Source: a virus
Taxonomy: Duplodnaviria > Caudoviricetes
IMG/VR virus record: IMGVR_UViG_3300023119_000004
Reading direction: 5' to 3' (one strand)
DNA length: 64,000 nucleotides
Every line of letters starts with the position of its first letter. Position 1 is the stretch's first letter. The position numbers and the translations under genes are program-made. This document shows, piece by piece, positions 38,260 to 48,300 of the stretch. The notes beneath the pieces were generated by a model that made no database searches, was not told the DNA's origin, and worked only from the letters and a program-made list of their open reading frames with translations.

Positions 38260-39087
38260 TTAATATCCTCGATAATTTCGATCCCAGCCTTCAAGTTGAA
38301 GATTGGTAATGTTTTTAATTGTTTCTTTGTAGTCATCAGTTTTAACATTGTTAATACTATCTATCATATATTCTTGATGTTGATTTAAGTTGTGGCTTAA
38401 ATTGTCCATTACCCAATTTAAATGTTGTATTGGACTAGGGTGTAGTTCTATCCATTTTTCATTATTCTTATTAGTAAACCACCAACTATAATCTTTTCTA
38501 TACCACGCATATAATCCAATTGGTTCTAACCAATAATCTTCGTCAAAGATATATTTGTAATCTTGTAGTTCGTATTCGTCCCAGGCATTTGCAAGTTCTG
38601 GTGTATTACGTAAATTTTCACCATGACCTGCTTGATGTGGTATATCTGTGCCTAGTGTTTCTAACTTATTAATACTTGTAAACAGAAAATTGCATCCAGT
38701 TGATTTTAATAATCCTGCTGTTAGTAAAATACTGTTAAGTGTACTTAGGAAATATGCCTTTTCATCAAAGAATTTATCATGCCAGTCTTTGTTAAAAGTT
38801 TCAGTGTTTTGATAACTGAACAAACTTCCTTTAGTTTGCCAAGTTTCTTCTTTGTCAAAACGCATATAGTCATGTCTTAGATAACTTGACCATTGTACTA
38901 TTACTGTATCGTCTTTGGTAAAGTTATTTTTTAAATTACATTCAGCAACACGTTCTGCAATAGCACGATTGCCTAACCCTGCATGACCCCAGTTTTCATA
39001 ATAGTTAAAATTATGTGCGTAGAAGTCTGCCCAAGTAGGCCAATTCCATGATGTATATGAACAGCCAAAGGCAAATAGTCTAGACAT
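38260..39087 (-). CDS. SGNH-like hydrolase/acyltransferase candidate
   Basis: FGCSYT block I, GLGN block II, C-terminal HPS. Confidence 0.5.
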   Translation of the reverse strand: MSRLFAFGCSYTSWNWPTWADFYAHNFNYYENWGHAGLGNRAIAERVAECNLKNNFTKDDTVIVQWSSYLRHDYMRFDKEETWQTKGSLFSYQNTETFNKDWHDKFFDEKAYFLSTLNSILLTAGLLKSTGCNFLFTSINKLETLGTDIPHQAGHGENLRNTPELANAWDEYELQDYKYIFDEDYWLEPIGLYAWYRKDYSWWFTNKNNEKWIELHPSPIQHLNWVMDNLSHNLNQHQEYMIDSINNVKTDDYKETIKNITNLQLEGWDRNYRGY

Positions 39088-40067
39088 TATTCTTCTGTAA
39101 AGCGGTTTCCTACTTTAGCCTTACCCTTAATACCATTCATTACTGATTCAACAACAATATCTTCAATCTTATCATTCATTGCCATGATACCGTCATTAAT
39201 TCTGTCTGACCATTCATCTGTAGTAACTCTAATTGGTGAATAAACTCTTGCACCTTGACCCATATCAAGAATATCCATGTTTTTATCTTCAGGATATGAA
39301 ACATTAATAGGGAATGTAGAGCCAATAACAACTGTGCCTTTTAATCCTAATGCGTGTACAATGTGCTGTCCAACACTATCACAACCTAAGAAATAATCTG
39401 CCGCTTGAATAATACCTGCCCATTGTCTTAGGTTTGCACCCATTGGACTTGCTACAGGATTTTTAATACCGTGTTTTGAAAAGTCAATACCAAACTCTGC
39501 CATATGTATAACGCCAACTTTATGAGATAATTTTTTAACAATGTTGACAGAATTTTCTGCTTCAAAACTTCTTCCACTCCAATCAGAGATCATTCCGTTT
39601 TCATGCATAACTGCTCTACCGAATGGTTGGAAAACAACAATTTTATCTTTGCCTGTTTTTTCTTTTACTTCGTCGATTAACTTTTTACCGAACATTAATT
39701 CTTCTCTTGAAAGTTTAAGTTCTGGTTTTTTAATTTTTCTTAGTCCTTTACCGTTAATTGCAATGTCGTAGGCTTCAGCAATGCTACACTTTTGATTGTA
39801 GTATTCCCAAACCCTATACGGTTCTGGAGTAACTAAATTCATGTTAACTAGTTTTTCTTGGAATAAGTTCTTATGCCAATGATCATATGCTTTTGCATGA
39901 AGTAAAGGATGTCCTTTATAAAAGTCTGTGCCACCTTCACATACAATTATAAAATTATCATCGGGATTTTCTTCTGCAAAGGTTAATAGAGCCGGAATAC
40001 TAGCAAGTACTCGTCCTGCACCACCATTAATAAAGATGGCAGTATCTCGTTTGGTTTGTTCTGTCAT
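39087..40067 (-). CDS. GT-B glycosyltransferase, GT9 (heptosyltransferase)-like
   Basis: GGAGRVLASIPAL, IVVFQPFG, LRQWAGIIQAADYFLGCDSVGQHIVHALG. Confidence 0.7.
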   Translation of the reverse strand: MTEQTKRDTAIFINGGAGRVLASIPALLTFAEENPDDNFIIVCEGGTDFYKGHPLLHAKAYDHWHKNLFQEKLVNMNLVTPEPYRVWEYYNQKCSIAEAYDIAINGKGLRKIKKPELKLSREELMFGKKLIDEVKEKTGKDKIVVFQPFGRAVMHENGMISDWSGRSFEAENSVNIVKKLSHKVGVIHMAEFGIDFSKHGIKNPVASPMGANLRQWAGIIQAADYFLGCDSVGQHIVHALGLKGTVVIGSTFPINVSYPEDKNMDILDMGQGARVYSPIRVTTDEWSDRINDGIMAMNDKIEDIVVESVMNGIKGKAKVGNRFTEE

Positions 40068-40120
40068 TAAATTATCCTTTTACAAAGTTGCGTTTGTAAA
40101 GATATTTAATGTAAAACTAA

Positions 40121-41518
40121 TTAGGAAGATTGTTTTCTGGCTGTAATACGTCCAGCAACTCTAGTGTTACCGTGTACATCTGTTGGCGCCGCTGGCAACC
40201 CGTCAACAATACCATCATCAAAAGGTGTTCCGTCTGTACTTAAACCTAATCTAGCAAGGTCTTCAGCAAAGTAGTTACCGCCTTTTTCTGGTGGAATAAA
40301 GTGGAAAGTTGCTGGGTGATATGTATGTTCCATTAACCAACCATCTGATGGATCTGCCCATTGTGCCGCGTCAGTTCCTGAACCATCTGCTAATGATCCA
40401 ACTGCCGCTCCATATCGTCCAAATGGTCCTGGGAATTGATCTGCTTCACCCCAAATACCTGGGTATTTTGCTTTTGGTGATTGTGGAAATCTTACTTTCC
40501 ATGGATCAATACGTACTACTTTTGAAAGTGTGAATGTTGCCGCACTACCGTCACCTGTATATTCAACAGTAGGACTTACAACAGTTTTTGCTTCTTTAAT
40601 GTGTCTAGCATTAAAAGCATTTCTTGTTCTTACACCAGTAATAGCACCGTCTGTATCAACTGATGTAACAATAATGTTTACGTTTAAATTGTCAATTTCA
40701 TCAACAACAGAAGTTAATGCACTTGGATCTGCTTCAAAATCAAATCCTGGTCTTGTTCCCATTGGTGCTGATAAATCATCTAATGCACCAACATCACTAG
40801 CACTAAATCCTAGTTCTTCTGCTGGAACAACTAATACATCATCTACAGCATATCCAGTGCCACCGTCAGTGATTTCTACTGTCCAAGCCGCGCCGTATGT
40901 TGCTGGTAAATCTCTTAATTTTTGTCTAAAATCAATCCATTCTTGTTTAACAGCATCTGGCATATCTGGTGACACGTGACCGTCTGCCGCTGATAGTTGA
41001 GACCAACGTACTTTTTTAATTGCTTCCCAATCAGTGTGTGGTTTAATAAACGGAAAAGGTGTATTCCATTCCTGTGCAACTGGATCGTAAGTAATTTCAT
41101 CTCTGTCGTATGTATGGTCTGGAGTAGGAACTTCAGGCTCATAGTGAACAAACGGATTACCTTGGTAATCATTCATTGGAAGTGTTTCTGATTTAATTGC
41201 ACGACCTTCTAAGAAAACTGTATCTTGGTCTGTTTCCATTAATTCACAAAGTAGAGGATTGTCTTCGCAATTAACTTTTACCATATACTCGTGTGCCGCA
41301 GGAACAAAATCATCTTCAACTTCGTACCAGTACTTAACTTCTCCAGTACGTTTGTTATCAGATTTACGTAGGAATACCCACATTTCTCTTGGACCTTCGT
41401 ATGTCCATGTTCCTACTTTACCTTCGTTTGTAGTTTGGTAAAGATATGCATCAGGCATATCATAAGAGAACTGAACGTTAATTTCATCTCTTTTGTTATT
41501 TGCGTTTGGATCTCTCAT
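40121..41518 (-). CDS. Tail fibre assembly/chaperone-like protein with inserted fibre-type module
   Basis: WIDFRQKLRDLP motif; paralog of 43138-43830. Confidence 0.6.
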   Translation of the reverse strand: MRDPNANNKRDEINVQFSYDMPDAYLYQTTNEGKVGTWTYEGPREMWVFLRKSDNKRTGEVKYWYEVEDDFVPAAHEYMVKVNCEDNPLLCELMETDQDTVFLEGRAIKSETLPMNDYQGNPFVHYEPEVPTPDHTYDRDEITYDPVAQEWNTPFPFIKPHTDWEAIKKVRWSQLSAADGHVSPDMPDAVKQEWIDFRQKLRDLPATYGAAWTVEITDGGTGYAVDDVLVVPAEELGFSASDVGALDDLSAPMGTRPGFDFEADPSALTSVVDEIDNLNVNIIVTSVDTDGAITGVRTRNAFNARHIKEAKTVVSPTVEYTGDGSAATFTLSKVVRIDPWKVRFPQSPKAKYPGIWGEADQFPGPFGRYGAAVGSLADGSGTDAAQWADPSDGWLMEHTYHPATFHFIPPEKGGNYFAEDLARLGLSTDGTPFDDGIVDGLPAAPTDVHGNTRVAGRITARKQSS

Positions 41519-41538
41519 CTTATGTTCCTATACCCCTA

Positions 41539-42345
41539 TTAATAATACACTACGTATACTGCGCCGCCTGCTCCAGGGGATCCACAACAACAGCCACCGC
41601 CATAAACTTGTCCATTTTCGCCACCGCCGCCTGGCCATGCGCCAAAGCCTTGACATTCACCACCTCTTGCACAACAACCGTTTGGACCAATTAATGGACC
41701 TGATTGTGCCATAGGTGCTACTGGTCTAAATGATAAACCTCTATCACCACAATGCTGTGATCTTTGTGCTGATCCTGTAAAGCCAGCAATACCAAAGTCA
41801 ACGTTGTTTGGTTGGTGTTGACAGTTATAACAACTCATACAACATCCATAACAACTAAAGTAACCATGACAGTGAGTACAGTTAGAACAACCGCCTCCAC
41901 AAGCAACAGCACAGAAACATGAACCACCTGTTGGTGTTCCAAATACGAAACTGTTGTGTCCGTTCATGTTATTTCCTGCGTATAAACAACAACCCGAACG
42001 TCCTGCACAGATTGTAAACTGATCTCCACCTGATACGTTAGTTGACTTAATAGCGTAACCGCCACCATCGCCTGGCATACCTTGCATACAGCAACATCCG
42101 CCTACGCCCGAAGCACCGCCGCCCCACATTTCAAATACTGCAAAAGTAGTACCTTGTGGAACTGTCCAACGGCAACACTTACCACCGTTGTTGTTACAAT
42201 AATATCTTGATTCTGGTGGAACACCGTGTGATTGTCTTGGCCACGCTTCATTGTGGTCCCAATTCCATTCATAACTTACTGTAAATGCTTGAGGTGATTT
42301 TACGCCTACGCTGTATCCTGGTAAAAAATCTCTTAAATTAGACAT
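41539..42345 (-). CDS. Cys/Gly-rich fibre-tip/adhesin-like protein 3
   Basis: WTVPQG...FEMWGGGASG, GAGGAVYVVY; about 27 Cys. Confidence 0.6.
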   Translation of the reverse strand: MSNLRDFLPGYSVGVKSPQAFTVSYEWNWDHNEAWPRQSHGVPPESRYYCNNNGGKCCRWTVPQGTTFAVFEMWGGGASGVGGCCCMQGMPGDGGGYAIKSTNVSGGDQFTICAGRSGCCLYAGNNMNGHNSFVFGTPTGGSCFCAVACGGGCSNCTHCHGYFSCYGCCMSCYNCQHQPNNVDFGIAGFTGSAQRSQHCGDRGLSFRPVAPMAQSGPLIGPNGCCARGGECQGFGAWPGGGGENGQVYGGGCCCGSPGAGGAVYVVYY

Positions 42346-42354
42346 ACTATCTCC

Positions 42355-43125
42355 TTACCCTATATCCGATTGATAATACACAATTACTAGTCCACCTGCG
42401 CCAGGGCCACCACAGTAACAAGTTCCGTTGTGTGTATGGAGTGTTCCTCCGCCACCGCCTGGAAATTCTGCTGGTCCGTCTGCTTCTCTACCATGTGTTT
42501 TATAACAGTTATCACGTGTCATTCTAGCACCTGCTGATAACATTGGTCCTGCTGTCATGTTTTCCCATGATGAACTTGAACACATCGCTGTACCAGCACC
42601 ACCACCGTTTGTACCACAAACACTAAAGTCAGCACCTTTTACACATCCACACATTCTGTTTGGACATCCACAGTGACCGCCCCAAGCAGTACCAAAGCCA
42701 CAAGTTGCACAACCGTAGCCACCGCCTGATGCACATAAGCAAAAATATGCTCCTGAACAACAACCGTTACCAGAACAAGCATAACTACCACATCCTGGAC
42801 AACCCATAACAGGTCTACAACAACCTGCCGCGCCAGCACATAAAGTAAATGTTGCTCCGTTATTAACTTCTAAAATTTTTCTACCGTAAGAGCCTGATCC
42901 ACCTGGAAAGCCTGCCATACAACAACAGCCACCGCCGCCGTCTCCGCCTGCACCCCAAACTTCAAAAGCCGCCCATGTAACATCATCTGATGGATTCCAA
43001 GCACAACAACAACCACCGTTATTGTTACGAGTGGAATCAAAACTAGAGTGATATACGTAAATCGAACGTAATGCTAACGCTCCTGTTTCAGCCCCTAACT
43101 GTAATAATGATCTAAGTGCAGACAT
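42355..43125 (-). CDS. Cys/Gly-rich fibre-tip/adhesin-like protein 2
   Basis: FEVWGAGGDG, GAGGLVIVY; about 27 Cys. Confidence 0.6.
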   Translation of the reverse strand: MSALRSLLQLGAETGALALRSIYVYHSSFDSTRNNNGGCCCAWNPSDDVTWAAFEVWGAGGDGGGGCCCMAGFPGGSGSYGRKILEVNNGATFTLCAGAAGCCRPVMGCPGCGSYACSGNGCCSGAYFCLCASGGGYGCATCGFGTAWGGHCGCPNRMCGCVKGADFSVCGTNGGGAGTAMCSSSSWENMTAGPMLSAGARMTRDNCYKTHGREADGPAEFPGGGGGTLHTHNGTCYCGGPGAGGLVIVYYQSDIG

Positions 43126-43137
43126 TCAATTTTCTCC

Positions 43138-43830
43138 TTAACCTATTCCCACGCCATCATCTGCTGGTGCATCTGCGTATCCACCTGCATCTGGTTCTTC
43201 TGGAAATTTAACTTGGTGTGCTGGATATTCTGAATCAGTTCCATGACCCCAAGTAGTTGGTAAATCTCTTAATTTTTGTCTAAAATCAATCCAAGGTTGT
43301 TTCACTGATGCTGGCATATCTTCTGCCACTCTGTGATCAGTTGAATCAAGTCTGTCGTTTCTTAGTTGGATCAAAGTTTCCCATGTTTGCCATGGTTGCT
43401 TCCAAGTAAGTGTCCAATCGCCTGTTCCTTCATCATGTGAACATAGGTTATATTCATATGCGTGATCTGGGTATGGTGGCCACGGAAACTCGTAATTACC
43501 ATATCCTTCTGGAAGTGCTACAACTTGATTAGTTTGTGTTAAAGTTACTGTGTGTGGCAAATAAATTGCACACATTAAAGTATCTTCACCTGCACAATCT
43601 AATTCTACTAAACGTTCGCCTTCTGCAACCGTGTCTGTACTTGGATTGTAAATAAAATCTTCATCCGGTGGAGTTTGATCTAGTGTGTTTCTACCAGTTT
43701 CTGCGTCAACAAACACATACAGTCTTTCTGGACCTGTATAAGTTGCTGTCGCTGTGTCCCCGTTACTATTTGTTTGAGCAAGATACGTGTCGGGGATATC
43801 GTACGTAAATTCTTTAGTTATTTCTGCCAT
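43138..43830 (-). CDS. Tail fibre assembly/chaperone-like protein
   Basis: LRNDRLDSTD...WIDFRQKLRDLP motif; TAAATA at 43849-43854. Confidence 0.65.
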   Translation of the reverse strand: MAEITKEFTYDIPDTYLAQTNSNGDTATATYTGPERLYVFVDAETGRNTLDQTPPDEDFIYNPSTDTVAEGERLVELDCAGEDTLMCAIYLPHTVTLTQTNQVVALPEGYGNYEFPWPPYPDHAYEYNLCSHDEGTGDWTLTWKQPWQTWETLIQLRNDRLDSTDHRVAEDMPASVKQPWIDFRQKLRDLPTTWGHGTDSEYPAHQVKFPEEPDAGGYADAPADDGVGIG

Positions 43831-43859
43831 TTTTGCATCCTTCTTTTGTATTTATCATG

Positions 43860-44600
43860 TTAACTATAAGTTACCTTAACCATGCCTCCTGATCCCCAAT
43901 GACCCCAACAACAGCCACCACCGCATGATGTTCCATTGTATCCGCCATGTGCTGGATAAGGTTGAGCACATCCCCATCCGCAACCTGAACACGTCATAGG
44001 CTTACCGCAATAATCTTTACCCTTACGTGTCTGTCCAGATTTTGGAGCGCCACCTACCATATCCCACATTTGATTGTGACAATAGTGAGTATGGAATGTT
44101 GATTGTCTGCCGTGTCCAATACGGAAATCACCTTGTGTTCCGCTTGTTAAAATAACACAGCCATAACAACAGTTGTATGCGTAGTGAGCATGACAGTTAG
44201 TTCTACCTGTACATCCTCCTCTGGCACAAGTTGTTGAAATACCACTGCCTGATACAAATGAAGTTGATCCATCATATCCTAAACAATCTCTTTCACAACA
44301 GTTACCATTACCTGCCGCACAAATTGTATATTGACAGCCTTCTGTAGTGTTTACTGTTCTAATTGAATAAGAACCACCGCCAGCGTTTTGAGAACTCCAC
44401 ATACAGCAACAAGCGCCAGCACCAGCGGCCCCTGCACCCCATAATTCAAATGTAACGTTAACTACGCCTTCAGGTACAGTCCACAAACAACAGCATCCGC
44501 CGTTGTTGATACCTCTATTGTTATTGTATACATAGAAGAACTTTGAAGGAACCGAAACTCCTTCTACCGTATCTCCTAGTAACGTTCTCAAGTCTGCCAT
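43860..44600 (-). CDS. Cys/Gly-rich fibre-tip/adhesin-like protein 1
   Basis: WTVPEG...FELWGAGAAG, GSGGMVKVTY; about 25 Cys. Confidence 0.6.
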   Translation of the reverse strand: MADLRTLLGDTVEGVSVPSKFFYVYNNNRGINNGGCCCLWTVPEGVVNVTFELWGAGAAGAGACCCMWSSQNAGGGSYSIRTVNTTEGCQYTICAAGNGNCCERDCLGYDGSTSFVSGSGISTTCARGGCTGRTNCHAHYAYNCCYGCVILTSGTQGDFRIGHGRQSTFHTHYCHNQMWDMVGGAPKSGQTRKGKDYCGKPMTCSGCGWGCAQPYPAHGGYNGTSCGGGCCWGHWGSGGMVKVTYS

Positions 44601-44615
44601 AATTAAATTCCTCTC

Positions 44616-44948
44616 TTACGTACCAGACATTACCCAACCAAAAGTTGGTCCAGTGTAAATCAGTGTTAAAGCGACGTTGTTAATATCTAAGACCAAATCT
44701 TCGTTTAGGTTCTGAATCTTTGAACCATTTCTGCTAACAGTTACGTTGTTTGTGTTAAACGAACCTGTAACATCAATGATTGAGATAACGTCATTTACAA
44801 TTAAACTAGCGTTTGCTGGTAAAGTAATAGTAAATGCACCTCCGGATGAATCGGCTAAGATTCTATCATTAACTGTCGCGGTAAATGTGCCATTAACATT
44901 ACGAATAACGCTACTAGCAGTACCAGTTGTTGATATATATCTTCCCAT
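44616..44948 (-). CDS. Stand-alone long-tail-fibre repeat-like domain protein
   Basis: GGAFTITLPA...DVISIID...NVTVSRNG...LIY...GW pattern typical of T4 gp34-type repeats. Confidence 0.55.
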   Translation of the reverse strand: MGRYISTTGTASSVIRNVNGTFTATVNDRILADSSGGAFTITLPANASLIVNDVISIIDVTGSFNTNNVTVSRNGSKIQNLNEDLVLDINNVALTLIYTGPTFGWVMSGT

Positions 44949-44983
44949 TTTATGTTTCCTTTATTACTATATTTATCGTTTCG

Positions 44984-45304
44984 TTACGCTGTTGATGTTT
45001 CAATACCCATTGCAACCGCACTAACGTTTGCGGCACTACTATATACTACAAGTATTTGCCCTGCCGCCATTGCAATACCTGATCTTTCTAGCACACCTTT
45101 TGGTAGTACCTCTACATCGTATTCGATGTATTCACTAAGTGCGGGTGTACCAGCAGAGGCTAACGCAACTCTTACGGAAATAGCACTATTTCCTCTATTA
45201 CATATCGATAACGTAACAATTCCAAATGTGTTAGCAGGTACCGTATATAAAGAAGTATTCGTGCCAGCCGATAAATCTGCGTGTCCTAATCTTCCTGTGG
45301 CCAT
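44984..45304 (-). CDS. Small beta-rich virion protein (paralog family with 57182 and 61172)
   Basis: LYTVPA...SICN...LAAGQIL pattern. Confidence 0.6.
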   Translation of the reverse strand: MATGRLGHADLSAGTNTSLYTVPANTFGIVTLSICNRGNSAISVRVALASAGTPALSEYIEYDVEVLPKGVLERSGIAMAAGQILVVYSSAANVSAVAMGIETSTA

Positions 45305-45321
45305 TTATTCTTCTCCTTTGT

Positions 45322-48300
45322 TTAACTCAATATAAACTGTTGCATTGCTACAGGAGAGCCACTAACTCCACCTGTAAAGTGCATTTGTGCAGTTGTATTT
45401 ATTAATACGCCTGTAGTTGTGGTAATTGTATTACCTTGGATATTAATAACACCTGCTGTCACAGTATTTACGTTCAATTCTGATGCGCCGCCACCAATTT
45501 GGGACGTAATATATGTCTTAATTGCTTTCTGCGTTGGCACAATCGAATCACTGTTTGCAGTAAATGTTCCGTCTGTACTAAATTCGTTAATTGTAGCACC
45601 CGCACCACCTAAAGCAACACTTCCTAATTGTAGTTCTTGTAGTCCAGAAATACTAAATGCATCAGCATTTAGGGTAGCAATACCTGTAGCCTGTTCAACT
45701 GTGAACAACTCACCAACTCTAAAGTTACCATCTTGGTCAGTTGATGTATAGAATACTCTACCACCACCGCCTTCGACTTGTTCATCATCTGGATCTGCTG
45801 GAACACTTGGAGTACCTGGATAGTTTGTTGTTGCAAAACCACCAGTACCTACATCTAGGAAATCGTGACCAGTCAATCTACATTGTGAATATCTAATACG
45901 CATTGATACAATATCACCGTGCTCTGGAGCCTCGTCTTTGGTCATTTCTGGTGAAATTTGTAGTAATGCTGAGTATGGTGATTGACCAGTTAAGTTAGTT
46001 ACACTAACAAGTTTAAACCATTTGTTTGGAATACTGTCAAACTCGACGTTTGCACCTGCTTGTGGAATAGAGTCCATACCCTCAACTTGGATATATTGCC
46101 CGTCTTGTTTTGCTTCTCTGTAACCTGCACCATATGTAATAGTACCAAATGCTAAGTAAGTTGAACCATTAGTTAAAACTGCTGGGAATAATAACTTACT
46201 ATCTTTGTAAAGTGCTAGTGTATTTGCGTCAACAACTTCTACATAGTAATCGTTACCATTAAGTTGTGTTGTACCTGTTACAGTTGCAATTGAAACTTTA
46301 GTTCTATCTAACAGTCCATGAGTTGCAACAGTAATTTTAACTGCACTTGTACCGCCGTTATTTGGAATAGTGTCAAGTCCATTTGTAATACACTCGTTAA
46401 CAATATCAATTAAGTCGCCTGCTTTAGTTACAGCCGCCGCTTCGCCATTGTTAGCATTTGTTGTTTGTGTTGTAACACTTGGACTTTGTAAACTTGTGTA
46501 AGAAGTGTTTGTTAAGATATAATTTATAACAATATCTCTCATCTGCTCATATGCCGCAAGTGCTTGTGATTGTCTTCCTGGTAATTGTGAGTTATTACCA
46601 ACCCAATAAGTTCTTGCGTGTAATCTGGTTTCTTTTGTACCACCAAATTTAATGTCATGTGCTAGTGCATCAACATAGTCGTCAACATTATCTTCCCACT
46701 TAGTTTTATCATAGTTGAAAGCCGCCCATAAACTTGGATTAGTTTGATTGGTAACTTCATTGTCAACCCATGCAATAACTTCGTCTTTAATAAACTCTTT
46801 GTTATCAATTAATAATGTATAAGCATTTGGATTTTCAGTAAATGAAACTCCTGTAATGTCTTGCTCATATCCTGAGTCAGCAATTGAAACTTGAACTGTT
46901 GTAAATCCTTCACCGCGTGATGCAAATGCTGGTTGACCTAATACACCATCGCCAATGTAAACTTCTAATGGAGCATCTGCTGTGTTGTTAGGATCAGTAA
47001 ATGTAATTGTTGGAGCCGCTACATATCCTGCACCTGGATGAATAATTCTTACTTCAGAAATTTGTCCATCTGTTACTTTTGCTCTACATAGTGCAGTTTG
47101 TGTTGTTGTAGATCCGTCACCTGCCGGAGCACTTACATTAACTCTTGGTTCAACACTATAAACTGTTGTGTTGTCTAGACTTGCTTCAATTGCTCTGCCT
47201 GAAATAATTTGATCCCAACCTGCTGTATCATCTGAATATTTTTTAATTGTAGCAACTTTAGTACCAGCGTTATATGTATCAATGTAACCATACTGTCCTG
47301 CACCTGTACCACCTGTTAAGAAAACAGCCATTCCAACGTATGCTGGACTTAGTGCTGTATCTGTGTTTGAAAGTGTAATCTGTGTAGTGTTACCTTCCTG
47401 CGGTGTGTTTGTAGCAGATCTATAATCTGCTCCACCGAATGTATTTTCGTCACCTGTTAATCTAACTTGGTAAACACCACCAGTATTAATTGTTGGTGTT
47501 AACCCAGTAATACCAAATCCGTCACCACTAAATGCGATTGTTGTGTTTGCTACTACATAGTCTCTACCTGCGTTTGCATATTCGATTGCAATAATTTCTT
47601 GGTTATCTGTAATACTATTTGTTACAACAGCATCAAATGCCCTGTTGTCAACAAATGCTTCAATTGCATTTTCAGTTAAGTCAACACCTTCAGCAACCGT
47701 ACCAAAGTCACCATATGATGAGTTACCGTTTGTAGCACGAATCTTACCGCCGTTTTCTGCTAGGTATCCCATGTGTGCATAGTATGAGAACACGGAAACA
47801 AGTTCTGCTCTACCTAAGTTAGTAACCCATGCACCAATACCTTCGGAAATTACTTGAGTAAAGTCGTTAGCAACGATAGAGTCATTACCGCCGTTGTGTA
47901 AATCACCGTCTACTTTAAGACCTACTGCACTTGTACCAAATGTTGTTACGTTTTGTACGTATGGTGAACGTGTAGTAATCCAAGCAGTTTCATCATCTGG
48001 TCCCCAACTTGGGTTAAGTGAAGTGTAAGCACCTGCTGTTGGACGTTTTGTTCCATAACTGTTTGCAGAACCTAGTGTACCTGATAGTCCTTTTAGTGTA
48101 CAGTTTCTTAATCCTGTACCGTTTTCTAAATAGAACATATCTTCTGTTGTCGAACCGTTAACAGCATTTGAGAACCAACGGCCATTTAGTACTGATCTGT
48201 AGTTACCGTATTCTTCCATATCCCAAAGGACAGCAAGAATATACTGTTTCATGTCTCTTTTACATTTTGCATCATCAGTAAGATCGTAATCGCCTGTATT

